This document shows, one piece after another, positions 47,941-56,759 of a stretch of DNA of 64,000 nt (positions within the stretch are counted from its first letter, which is position 1; every line of letters begins with the position of its first letter). The notes under the pieces are model-generated. The model ran no database searches. It was given only the letters and a program-made list of their open reading frames with translations, and was not told the DNA's origin. The position numbers and the translations under genes are program-made. This stretch comes from Candidatus Omnitrophota bacterium (GTDB lineage: Bacteria; Omnitrophota; Gorgyraeia; Tantalellales; Tantalellaceae): assembly GCA_049643885.1 (NCBI GenBank), contig JBARQV010000015.1:75430-139429 (forward strand), given 5' to 3'.

Positions 47941-50900
47941 ACGCCTTTCAGCAGCATTATGACCGTTTGAACAAGGAACAGAAGCAAGCCGTCGACATGA
48001 TCGACGGCCCCCTCCTGGTGTTAGCCGGCCCTGGAACCGGGAAAACGCAACTTCTGTCCATACGCGCTGCCAATATTATCCGTCAGGGAAAAGCCCTTCC
48101 CGAAAACGTTCTCATACTTACCTTTACCAACGCGGCGGCCAGGGAGATGAGAGAGAGGCTTGCCCGGATAATAGGGCATGAAGGGTACAGCGTCGAAGTC
48201 GAAACATTCCATTCTTTTGCCAATTCTATCGTCCTTGATTCAGAGGGGGCTATAAAATACGTAAAGGATAAAATAGACATCACGGATGTCGAAAGAGTAA
48301 GAGCCCTCCAGCATATTCTTGACAACGTGAAAGGTGTCGAGCCCCTGAGGCCTTTCGGTGCTCCGTACATCCATTTATCCGAAATAGGTGGACGGATCAG
48401 CGAGCTTAAAAACGAGGACATCTCGCCGGAAGAACTGAAACAACATTTGAAAAACCTTAAGCCGGACGGCATAAATGTCGAGGAAAAGCATATTTCCCGT
48501 TTAAAAGCACTTTCTCTTATTTATGAGAAGTACGAGAAGCTGAAAGACGAAGAACGCACGGTACTTTTTGACGAAAGAGGGAGAAAAGATTTTGACGACA
48601 TGATACTGATCGCGCTCAAGGCCTTGCGCAACGAGGCGGATCTCCGGGATTCTTTCAGGGGACAATACAAGTATATCATGGTCGACGAGTACCAGGATAC
48701 TAATGGAGCGCAGCTTGAACTCCTTTTCTCGATATTCGACCCGGGATCGCCCGATATCTGCTGTGTGGGAGACGACGATCAGGCCATTTACCGCTTCCAG
48801 GGAGCCACACTTTCCAATTTCCGTGTTTTAAAAGAGAAGTTGCCTTCCCTGAAGACGGTGGTGATCAAGGATAACTACCGTTCAAATGAAGAGATACTGG
48901 ATATTTCCAGGCAGGTTATCTCCCAGCTTCCGGCGGATGAAAGAATGGCAGTGAAGAAGCTCGAGCCCAGGAAGAAATACAGGTCCGGCAATGTCGAGTT
49001 CCTTGAATTCGGTACCGAAGAAGAAGAGATGGCGTTTATCGTAAGTGAGGTAAAAAAACAGGCCGAGGTGATAAAAAAAGACACCGGCCTTACGGAAGAA
49101 GAAAGAAAAAAACCTTACAATAACATAGCTGTTCTTGTGCGCAAGCGTTACCAGCTTCAAAGGGTGATCGAGGCCTTTTTGAAATCCGGCATTTCGTATG
49201 CTTCCGACGGCAAAGAGGATATACGCCTGGAAAAGCGCGTCAGGCAGATGCTGGATGTTCTTGACCTGGCAAATGTGGACACGGAAAGCAACGAGAGAAA
49301 AGCGCTTGCGTTGTATAAAGTTCTCACTTCCGATTATGTCCGTGCTTCTCATGCGGATATTCTCAAGTTTATAAATTTCGTGAACGACATAAGAAAAGAT
49401 TCAAGGTTCAAGGGAGACGTAAAAAGGTATAAATGTTCAAACCTTTATCAGGAGTTCCTGGCACATTTTCCATCCGGCATGGACGCGAAGCCCACAGAAG
49501 AGGGATCAGGAGATCTTAAGATAACCAAAGACCTGAAACTTGAAAACCCGCACGCCCTTCACAGGGCCGCGTGGGCGATAACACGCCTGCTCGAAGACGC
49601 CCATACCCGTCCTGTCCACGATCTTCTCATGAGATATATAGACGATATAGGTTTATACGGTTTTCTATTGAAGACGTACAGAGATAACGAAGTTATCAAG
49701 CTGAGGGACCTGAGGTCGCTTGTGTCGTTCATAAATATGATAAAACAGTCAAGCCTGTCAAGGCCGTCCTACCGGCTTAAAGACCTTACCGAAGAACTTG
49801 ACCTCAGGGAAGTGCACGACATGCCCATAACCGGAGAACTTGCCACGCTTACCCAGGATGGTGTGCGTGTATACACAGCGCACAGCGCCAAAGGGCTCGA
49901 GTTTTACACGGTGTTTCTGCCTTTTTGCCTGGAGAGGAAAAGCTGGCCCTCCCGGGGCAAGGCCGATGTAGTGCCGCTTCCGCCCGAGATCTATAAAAGC
50001 AAGGAAAGGGTCGACGAAAAACAGAAAATAAAGCTCTTGGATATTTATGATGAAATACGCCTTTTCTATGTCGCTTCTTCCAGGGCCAAGGCTAATCTTA
50101 TTTATACCGCTACCCCCGAGGAAAAAGTCATAGTAAGCCGTTTTCTGGACCATCTCGACCTGGATCAAAGATCGGGTTCACCGAGGGTAGAGAGCGAGTT
50201 TCTTGCCGAGCAGCTCCGGGGAAGAACGGACAGAGATCCTTTTGAGAGCACCTCCGACATATTAAAAGACATGATAGAAAGGCTCGACCTTACTCCTACC
50301 AACGTCAATACTTATATCGAATGCAGGAGGAAATTTTTATATAACTATATCCTGCGACTTCCGGGGAAAAAGACGCAGCATATTACTTTCGGTAACTGTG
50401 CCCACAAGGCGCTTGAGGATACCTATGGTTATTTCATGGAGAGAAAAAAATTCCCGTCTTTCGGTTTTTTTAAGAACTCCTTTCTGCGGGAACTAGAGTT
50501 CCAGGGAGTGAACGACGCCATTAAGAATATGTGCATTTCGCGTCTTGAGACCTTGAGCGGATGGTATGACATGGAAAAAAAGTCCCCGGTCATACCTTAT
50601 TCTCTTGAAGAGGATCTTTCCGTGACCTTTCCGGGAGGTCTTGTATTCAAGGGAAAGTTTGACAAGGTAGAGGCAAACGGCGGCGGTACCGTTAAGGTTG
50701 TGGACTACAAGACCGGCAAACCCGACAAGCATGTCAAGGCCGTTCAAAATTGCCGTGATATCGAAAGCTACGAGTGTGACGGATACTATAGGCAGCTTGT
50801 CTCTTACAAGTTGATCTTCGATAAAAACAAAAAAAAGGAAAACCTCACCGTGAACCGCGGGAGGCTCCAGTTTCTTGAGCCCGCCGCGAGTACAGTAAAG

Positions 50901-51095
50901 AAATACGACCTTGAAAAGGGTGAGTATCGGGATATAGATATTGAACTTACGGATTTCATGGTGGAAGGCCTGGAAGGCCTTATTAAAAAATGCTGGAAAG
51001 AGATCAAGGATCTGAAGTTTGAGAAGCTTTCCGAACGGGACGATAAGGACCGGTGCGGGCGCTGCGAATACGATTCCATTTGCTGGGGAGGTTGA
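47937..51095 (+). CDS. UvrD/REP-type SF1 helicase fused to C-terminal Cas4/AddB-like PD-(D/E)XK nuclease with Fe-S cluster cysteines
   Basis: Walker A GPGTGKTQ. DEYQDTN (motif II). C-terminal ...ECRRKF..., VVDYKTGKP and C-x2-C-x5-C (DRCGRCEYDSIC). GTG start overlapping the metW stop. Confidence 0.75.
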   Translation: MNAFQQHYDRLNKEQKQAVDMIDGPLLVLAGPGTGKTQLLSIRAANIIRQGKALPENVLILTFTNAAAREMRERLARIIGHEGYSVEVETFHSFANSIVLDSEGAIKYVKDKIDITDVERVRALQHILDNVKGVEPLRPFGAPYIHLSEIGGRISELKNEDISPEELKQHLKNLKPDGINVEEKHISRLKALSLIYEKYEKLKDEERTVLFDERGRKDFDDMILIALKALRNEADLRDSFRGQYKYIMVDEYQDTNGAQLELLFSIFDPGSPDICCVGDDDQAIYRFQGATLSNFRVLKEKLPSLKTVVIKDNYRSNEEILDISRQVISQLPADERMAVKKLEPRKKYRSGNVEFLEFGTEEEEMAFIVSEVKKQAEVIKKDTGLTEEERKKPYNNIAVLVRKRYQLQRVIEAFLKSGISYASDGKEDIRLEKRVRQMLDVLDLANVDTESNERKALALYKVLTSDYVRASHADILKFINFVNDIRKDSRFKGDVKRYKCSNLYQEFLAHFPSGMDAKPTEEGSGDLKITKDLKLENPHALHRAAWAITRLLEDAHTRPVHDLLMRYIDDIGLYGFLLKTYRDNEVIKLRDLRSLVSFINMIKQSSLSRPSYRLKDLTEELDLREVHDMPITGELATLTQDGVRVYTAHSAKGLEFYTVFLPFCLERKSWPSRGKADVVPLPPEIYKSKERVDEKQKIKLLDIYDEIRLFYVASSRAKANLIYTATPEEKVIVSRFLDHLDLDQRSGSPRVESEFLAEQLRGRTDRDPFESTSDILKDMIERLDLTPTNVNTYIECRRKFLYNYILRLPGKKTQHITFGNCAHKALEDTYGYFMERKKFPSFGFFKNSFLRELEFQGVNDAIKNMCISRLETLSGWYDMEKKSPVIPYSLEEDLSVTFPGGLVFKGKFDKVEANGGGTVKVVDYKTGKPDKHVKAVQNCRDIESYECDGYYRQLVSYKLIFDKNKKKENLTVNRGRLQFLEPAASTVKKYDLEKGEYRDIDIELTDFMVEGLEGLIKKCWKEIKDLKFEKLSERDDKDRCGRCEYDSICWGG

Positions 51096-51096
51096 A

Positions 51097-52035
51097 ATGG
51101 GGAAGAAATTCATAAATGAGCTGAAAGTCAACGAAAAAGTAAATTCTTATTTTATACTGAGAAAAAAGAACCTTAAACGGACAAAGTTCGATAAACCTTA
51201 TCTTGAACTCTCCTTCCAGGACAAGACCGGTAAGGTCGAGGGCCGTTTATGGGATGACGCGGAAAAATTCGACGGAGCGGTAGAGACCGGTGACGTGGTC
51301 CAGGTAAAAGGCCTGGTAGATAAGTATCGTGAGGAGAAACAGCTCAAGGTCGATTTTATCGCGAGAGCAGACGACAGAGCCTTCAGGTATGAGGATATGG
51401 TGCGGGCAGTCGAGAACAGGGACGAGATAGTAAACAAAATAATCGATTACATGCGCCAGATCGAGAACCCTTGGATCAAGGCCCTTTCCGAGGAATTTAT
51501 TAATGACACGCAGCTTATGTCAATGTTCAAGGACGGCCTTGGCGGTAAGAGCTGGCATAACGCGTATATAGGCGGGCTCGCTGAACACACATATGAGGTT
51601 ATCCATATAGTCGACCAGATGTGCGGGCTTTACCCGGAGGCGGACAGGGATATAGCTCTTTTCGGGGCGTTCATCCATGACATAGGGAAGGTATATGAAC
51701 TTGACGCGAAAAACATGGAATATACCGTCCAGGGCGGCCTTGTGGGCCATATTGTCATCGGCCACAATATCCTTACGGAGAAGATAGGGAGCATACGGGA
51801 TTTCCCCGGTGATCTGAAAACTCTACTTGAACATATCATCCTGAGCCATCACGGGGAGTATGAGCAGCAATCCCCGGTGCTGCCGAAGACGCTCGAAGCG
51901 ACTATCGTCTACCAGACGGATGAGCTGGTTTCCCAGGCGAACGCGATAAGGGAGATCAAGAGCGCGCAGGCGGAAGAGGGGAAAGAGTGGAGCAGTTTCG
52001 TCACTATCAAGAAACGCAAGTATTATATTAAGTAG
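51097..52035 (+). CDS. YhaM-like 3'-5' exonuclease (OB-fold + HD domain)
   Basis: N-terminal OB-fold-like region. HD motif FIHDIGK plus downstream His residues (HHGEYE). The ATG at 51097 is preferred over 51019. Confidence 0.65.
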   Translation: MGKKFINELKVNEKVNSYFILRKKNLKRTKFDKPYLELSFQDKTGKVEGRLWDDAEKFDGAVETGDVVQVKGLVDKYREEKQLKVDFIARADDRAFRYEDMVRAVENRDEIVNKIIDYMRQIENPWIKALSEEFINDTQLMSMFKDGLGGKSWHNAYIGGLAEHTYEVIHIVDQMCGLYPEADRDIALFGAFIHDIGKVYELDAKNMEYTVQGGLVGHIVIGHNILTEKIGSIRDFPGDLKTLLEHIILSHHGEYEQQSPVLPKTLEATIVYQTDELVSQANAIREIKSAQAEEGKEWSSFVTIKKRKYYIK

Positions 52036-52043
52036 AGACAAGA

Positions 52044-52412
52044 ATGGATGCCAAACGCTTTGAAGAGCTGGTAATGAAAGCGCTCAAAGACCTGCCCGAT
52101 GTTTTCAAACGCAGTCTTGATAATGTTGACGTTGTGGTCGAGGACGAACCCACCAAAGAACAGGCGGGAATGGTCAATACCGCCCACCGCAGGATGGTTC
52201 TTGGGCTTTACCAGGGAGTCCCCCTGGCCAGAAGGAGCCATTATTACGGGTTGGTCATGCCTGATAAGATAACTATTTTCCGGAAAAATATCCAGAAGGT
52301 GTGCAGAACCGAGGAAGATATGGTCCGGCTGGTCACGCATACCGTCCAACATGAACTCGCCCATCATTTCGGGATCTCAGACCAGCGGCTCAGGGAACTG
52401 GGGATATATTAA
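52044..52412 (+). CDS. zincin-like small metallopeptidase-family protein (DUF1025-like)
   Basis: C-terminal HELAHHFG (HExxH). About 120 aa. Confidence 0.5.
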   Translation: MDAKRFEELVMKALKDLPDVFKRSLDNVDVVVEDEPTKEQAGMVNTAHRRMVLGLYQGVPLARRSHYYGLVMPDKITIFRKNIQKVCRTEEDMVRLVTHTVQHELAHHFGISDQRLRELGIY

Positions 52413-52451
52413 TATCGTCGATCGTCGTTCGTGGTTCGTCGAGCATATAGC

Positions 52452-52650
52452 TCTGCGAAAACAATAAAATCTTTCCCATCCAAATTTTTTAACGGTATTT
52501 TTCAAACTTTTGAAGGGCATAAAAGAACTCGCCCCCGCTGCTTCGCTTTGCGAAGCAAAGCGACGGGGGCTCAGACGTCCTTTTACGCTTTTTTCCTTCA
52601 AAAGTTATAAAAATACCTAAAATTTGGAAACGGGTCCCTTTGATCTTATT
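52452..52650. repeat. ~200-bp imperfect palindrome (long hairpin/MITE-like) in convergent intergenic region
   Basis: Left arm CTGCGAAAACAATAAAATC...TTCAAACTTTTGAAGG and right arm CCTTCAAAAGTTATAAAAATACC...TTGTTTTTGCAG are reverse complements at roughly 75-80%. Central perfect hairpin CGCTTTGC-GAA-GCAAAGCG flanked by GCCCCC/GGGGGC. Confidence 0.6.
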
Positions 52651-52828
52651 GTTTTTGCAGCGATAATTTTCGTCCGGATGTAAGTTGCACAGTGCAGTAT
52701 GTTCCCGTACAGGGAGGATCCACACCGGGCGGAGGGGCCCTGGTAGGGAATATACTGCGCTGTGATCTTCACTTCCTCGCTCCGCTTCGCATTCTGCTGT
52801 CTGATGTCTGATAACAGTGCGATTGCAC

Positions 52829-53818
52829 TTATTCTTGGCGGGATGAAATCCTGATATGATCTATGTAGATAGGTCCGGAATAGGCCGGTTTGCCGTTCGA
52901 CTCGACCCTTATAGCTATTTTCCTGATATCTGACTTGAAAGCGTCATCGACTTGTGTCCTTTTCCAGTCCCTGCTTTCTTCGGAGAAACTGGCCCTTATA
53001 GTGGTCCACTCTCCCGGGATCAGTCGGACGCTTCGGGTCATCTCCACGAATTTCCATGTTTCGCCTATAGTGATGATCAGCTTGGCTCTCAGGCCTTCAG
53101 GGGCCGAAAGGGGCAGGAATAGATCGGCTTCGATAATATCGAAATCTTTCAGATCGAGAAATTGCTGGACTTCGACCAGGGCCGCGGACCAGCCGGTCCC
53201 GGGGAATTCCGCGGCAAGTTCCAAACTGCTGGATCCATTGCTGGCTGCGTTTCCCGTCTTCATGAGAGACCTTGCCACGTGGTCGGCTTTTTCGAGTTCC
53301 CATGCGGGTATTTCCCAGCCTTCTTCGTCGATCTCGAAATCGTAAAGCGTTTTTATGGTATATGTTCCCGGCACCGGCTCGGGCTTAACGGGCTTAGTCC
53401 ACGCATCTTTGCTCAGGACAGGGACGGTCCGGACGGCTCCCGGTCGTACATGTTCAGCTCGAGCGGGTCCGGTCCGGACAGGTTCCGGAACGGCCGCGGC
53501 CGCCGGTTTCACCTCAGGCGTTTCTTTTTCTACATTGATGCTTACATTGAATACGACGCGTTTATCGCGGAAGAAATAGCCGGCGAAAAACATGATAGCA
53601 CTGACCATCCAGAGAACGAGGAGGAAAACCGCTACTGGCGACCACCAGCGCCGTTGAACAGGGCGGGGAGCTTTTTCATCTTGGCCATCCCGGGGATGGC
53701 CATCTCTGAGTTGGAGCGATTTTTGATCTTCCGTGCCGCCGAAATACGTTCGGGACAGTTCAAGGTCTATCTCGTCGCGTGTCCTTTGTTTTTCCATTAA
53801 AATCGACCTCACAACCAT
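52829..53818 (-). CDS. bitopic membrane protein with Pro-rich linker and C-terminal beta-sandwich (carbohydrate-binding-like) domain, hypothetical
   Basis: Cytoplasmic N-terminus, one transmembrane segment, PEPVxPEP linker, C-terminal ...GPIYIDHIRIS ending typical of CBM-like jelly-roll domains. Confidence 0.45.
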   Translation of the reverse strand: MVVRSILMEKQRTRDEIDLELSRTYFGGTEDQKSLQLRDGHPRDGQDEKAPRPVQRRWWSPVAVFLLVLWMVSAIMFFAGYFFRDKRVVFNVSINVEKETPEVKPAAAAVPEPVRTGPARAEHVRPGAVRTVPVLSKDAWTKPVKPEPVPGTYTIKTLYDFEIDEEGWEIPAWELEKADHVARSLMKTGNAASNGSSSLELAAEFPGTGWSAALVEVQQFLDLKDFDIIEADLFLPLSAPEGLRAKLIITIGETWKFVEMTRSVRLIPGEWTTIRASFSEESRDWKRTQVDDAFKSDIRKIAIRVESNGKPAYSGPIYIDHIRISSRQE

Positions 53819-53924
53819 TATATTAAAAATAGAAAAGGCTCGTCAAGTGTAATATATCATATTTACTAACCACTTCTATTATGATATACTTTCTTAAAAT
53901 CAAACTAAAACACAGGAGGATAAG

Positions 53925-54968
53925 ATGAAAATAATATCTGTTGCCAATCAAAAAGGCGGGTGCGGCAAAACTACGTTGGCAATTAACATCTCCGCGGCTT
54001 TATCCAAACTCGGGAACGAGACGCTTCTAATAGATCTCGACCCACAGGCACATGCGACGTATGCCATGGGGTTTGGCAAGGAGTCGTCAAGCTTCAAGAC
54101 TTCTTATGATATTTTCCGCGCTCATTTTGATTCAAGCGCAATACCGTTCGATGATATTATCTTGACCGGCAGGGATAAGCTGTCCTTTATGCCCGCGAAT
54201 ATGCTTCTCAGCGCGGCGGAGATCAATCTTGGAGGAGTGAACGGCGCCGCGGCCATATTGTCCAGGACTCTATCCGATCCTTTTTTCGAGAGATACGAAT
54301 ACGTGGTCATCGATTCTCCGCCGAGTTTCGGGTTTTTGACCTTGAATTCGATGTACGCGGCGGATATGATCCTTGTTCCGTTGGATCTAGGTTATTTCGC
54401 GCTTAACAGCGTGAACAGCGTGTACAGGGTGACCAGCCTGTTGAACTCTGAAACCGGAAGGGAACCTTCGGTGTTTTTCGTCCTTAACCTGTTTGACGGA
54501 CGCTCGAATTTTTCCAGGAATCTGGAAAACGATGCCCGGAAAAAGCTAGGCCAGTATCTTCTTTCGACAAGGGTCCGATCAAGCGTGAGGATCAGAGAGG
54601 CCGCCCAGTTCGGCCAGACGATATTCGAATATGCGCCGAAATCCAAGCCCGCGCTGGATTTTTATGACTTGACCAGCGAGATCATGACTATTAGGAATAA
54701 AGATATCAACATGAGCGTAAAGGAGTTTTTCGTTCAGGCGCCTCAAGCCGATGAGGTATATGTGCTCGGAGATTTTAACGGGTGGCAGAAATCGCCGGTA
54801 AGCCGTCTCACCAGGCTTGGGAACGGGAATTGGGCGGCGCATATCATGCTGGATAGGGGTAAATACAGGTACAAATATCTGGTCGACGATCAGTGGACCC
54901 ATGATGTCAGTAATCCCCTTAAAGAGATCAATTCTTTCGGAAGCATCGATTCCATAGTGGAAGCTTAG
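53925..54968 (+). CDS. ParA/MinD-family ATPase fused to C-terminal CBM48 (AMPK-beta glycogen-binding) domain
   Basis: Deviant Walker A KGGCGKTT. C-terminal EVYVLGDFNGWQK...YKYLVDDQWTHDVSNP aligns closely with AMPK-beta GBD (GSFNNW...YKFFVDGQWTHDPSEP). Confidence 0.8.
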   Translation: MKIISVANQKGGCGKTTLAINISAALSKLGNETLLIDLDPQAHATYAMGFGKESSSFKTSYDIFRAHFDSSAIPFDDIILTGRDKLSFMPANMLLSAAEINLGGVNGAAAILSRTLSDPFFERYEYVVIDSPPSFGFLTLNSMYAADMILVPLDLGYFALNSVNSVYRVTSLLNSETGREPSVFFVLNLFDGRSNFSRNLENDARKKLGQYLLSTRVRSSVRIREAAQFGQTIFEYAPKSKPALDFYDLTSEIMTIRNKDINMSVKEFFVQAPQADEVYVLGDFNGWQKSPVSRLTRLGNGNWAAHIMLDRGKYRYKYLVDDQWTHDVSNPLKEINSFGSIDSIVEA

Positions 54969-54980
54969 AAAGGCAGGACC

Positions 54981-55928
54981 ATGACACAACCCGTAATTTA
55001 CGATAAGAAGAAGCAGGATATAGTAATCCGCTATCCGGGTAATCCTATCCTGACCAAAGACGATGTTCCAGCCGCGGCAAAGGGAGTTTATAATTCAGGC
55101 TGTATAAAACTTAAAAATGGGAAGTATGTCATGCTATGCCGGGTCGAGACGCCATCCATGAAACAGATGATCTGGCCCGCTGATTCCGATGATGGCATAG
55201 ATTTCAAGTTCAGGACAAAACCTATAAAAATGCCTGATACGGAAGAATTCAGGGAATACACCGCCGGCATGTATTACGATCCCAGGGTAACGGAAATAGA
55301 GGGTAAATATTACCTGGTTTTCGCGTGCCACAGCGGGCATTCCTGCCGTCTGGGGCTCATGAAATCCCCCGACATGAAAGAATTCAAATGGAAAGGGTTT
55401 ATTTCCGAGACCGATAACCGCAACGGGGTCCTTTTTCCGGAAAAGATAAACGGATATTACTGCCGCCTGGACAGGCCCAATACCGGCGACGGGAAGGGCT
55501 ATATCTGGATATCTTACTCCCCGGACCTTATTCACTGGGGCCAATCGAAAGCGTTAGCCTTGACCCAGGACGAATGGGGATGGAAAAAGAACGGTTCCGG
55601 CGCGGTTCCCATCAAGACCGATAAAGGGTGGCTCGTTATATATCATGCTGTAAATGTCCAGTGTGCCGCCCAGTATGTTTACCACCTTGGGGTCATGCTC
55701 CTGGACATCAAGGATCCATCGAAGATCGTGGCCCGGGCTAAAGCCCCGATACTTTCTCCGACAACCGATTATGAGCTTAACGGGCTTACCTACGCGGTAG
55801 TTTTCACCTGTGGCGCGGTGCCCGAGGATGACGGTGAAGTCAAGATCTATTACGGCGGCGCGGATACTGTCCAGTGTCTGGCCACGGCAAGACTTGAGGA
55901 TTTGATAGACGCCTGCTTTAACCGATGA
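54981..55928 (+). CDS. GH130-family glycoside phosphorylase/hydrolase (beta-mannoside phosphorylase-like)
   Basis: 5-bladed beta-propeller GH130 pattern, including YNSGCIKLKNGKY, WISYSPDLIHW and the C-terminal KIYYGGADT. Confidence 0.7.
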   Translation: MTQPVIYDKKKQDIVIRYPGNPILTKDDVPAAAKGVYNSGCIKLKNGKYVMLCRVETPSMKQMIWPADSDDGIDFKFRTKPIKMPDTEEFREYTAGMYYDPRVTEIEGKYYLVFACHSGHSCRLGLMKSPDMKEFKWKGFISETDNRNGVLFPEKINGYYCRLDRPNTGDGKGYIWISYSPDLIHWGQSKALALTQDEWGWKKNGSGAVPIKTDKGWLVIYHAVNVQCAAQYVYHLGVMLLDIKDPSKIVARAKAPILSPTTDYELNGLTYAVVFTCGAVPEDDGEVKIYYGGADTVQCLATARLEDLIDACFNR

Positions 55929-55934
55929 CCACCC

Positions 55935-56357
55935 ATGCCGGGATATAACGTAAGCCAGAAAAAAGAGAAAAATCTCAGGGAGAAAATGCGCCGCCTGGGC
56001 ATAAAGGAAAGCGACCTTAGCGAGCGGTTCATACGTTCCGGAGGACACGGCGGCCAGCATGCCAATAAAGTATCTACGTGTGTGCATTTGAGGCACAGGC
56101 CGACCGGAATAGAAGTCAAATGCGGGCGGGAAAGATCGCAGGCATTGAACAGGTTTCTGGCAAGGAGGATACTGGCGGACAAGATAGAGGCCGTGAAGCT
56201 TGGCAGGGAGTCGGAAGAAAGAAAGCGTATCGAGAAAATAAGAAGACAAAAACGAAAAAGATCGAAAAGGGCGAAAGAAAAGATACTGGCGAACAAGAAG
56301 AAACGCGCCGAGAAAAAGAAACTGCGCAAAACCCCACACTTCCATGTAGGGGAATGA
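55935..56357 (+). CDS. arfB: alternative ribosome-rescue factor ArfB (peptidyl-tRNA hydrolase, RF-1 domain)
   Basis: GGQ motif RSGGHGGQHANKVST. Basic C-terminal tail. 140 aa. Confidence 0.8.
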   Translation: MPGYNVSQKKEKNLREKMRRLGIKESDLSERFIRSGGHGGQHANKVSTCVHLRHRPTGIEVKCGRERSQALNRFLARRILADKIEAVKLGRESEERKRIEKIRRQKRKRSKRAKEKILANKKKRAEKKKLRKTPHFHVGE

Positions 56358-56379
56358 TACTACAGGCGGAAGCCTGTAG
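56349..56379. repeat. GGGGAATGATACTACAGGC-GGAA-GCCTGTAG repeat, copy 2
   Basis: Identical 20-nt GNRA hairpin and GGGGAATG(G)ATACT lead as at 33580-33628. Overlaps the arfB stop and ends 9 nt before the smr start. Confidence 0.5.
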
Positions 56380-56387
56380 GGTAACCA

Positions 56388-56633
56388 ATGAAGAAGATAA
56401 CGCTTGATCTGCACGACATCTTTAATAAAGGCAAAGATATAGACAAGGCCCTCAGGGATATCTTGATCGAAGCTCGCGAGACAAAGGTAAAAATAGTCGA
56501 GATAATCCCGGGAAAGGGTTCAGGTCAACTGAAGAAGAGGGTTTTGAAATTTCTCGAGCGGAACAAAGACCTTTACGGCCGGGTGGACAAGGATTCAAAA
56601 AACTGGGGCAGATTATTCGTTCGCCTCAAATAA
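56388..56633 (+). CDS. Smr-domain protein (stand-alone small MutS-related nuclease domain)
   Basis: LDLHD...EA...I.....K...V.IIPGKGSG.LK..V..FL motif order of Smr domains. 81 aa. Confidence 0.7.
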   Translation: MKKITLDLHDIFNKGKDIDKALRDILIEARETKVKIVEIIPGKGSGQLKKRVLKFLERNKDLYGRVDKDSKNWGRLFVRLK

Positions 56634-56637
56634 AAAT

Positions 56638-56750
56638 ATGTCATCCCAGGCGAGGCCGCAGGCCGAGACCCGGGACCACGTAATAATTTTATTTGATCCC
56701 GGATATTTGCCTTCGACGAATTCCGGGATGACATACAACTGCTGAAACGG
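56638..56750. mobile_element. MITE-like element, ATGTCATCCCAGGCGAGGC ... TTCCGGGATGACAT (copy locus 2)
   Basis: 12-13-bp terminal inverted repeats (ATGTCATCCCAGG / CCGGGATGACAT). About 105 bp. Internal CCCGGGA/TCCCGG stem. Same head and tail as at 23980-24135. Confidence 0.6.
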
Positions 56751-56759
56751 TGACATGAA

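Noticed and set aside
51019-51096. Upstream in-frame start at 51019 for the YhaM-like gene, overlapping the helicase-nuclease by 77 nt.
   Set aside because: The extension (MRSFPNGTIRTGAGAANTIPFAGEVE) lies inside the helicase-nuclease C-terminus. The ATG at 51097 gives the conserved MGKKFINELK OB-fold N-terminus, 1 nt after the upstream stop.
53162-53800. 212-aa plus-strand ORF opposite the minus-strand membrane-protein gene 52829-53818.
   Set aside because: Gly/Arg/Pro-rich with no motifs. The minus-strand product has a coherent transmembrane, linker and beta-domain architecture and a divergent promoter region shared with parA.
56078-56407. 109-aa plus-strand ORF overlapping arfB in another frame.
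   Set aside because: Arg/Glu/Lys-rich low-complexity product created by the AG-rich coding of the ArfB basic tail. ArfB has the GGQ motif and the correct length.
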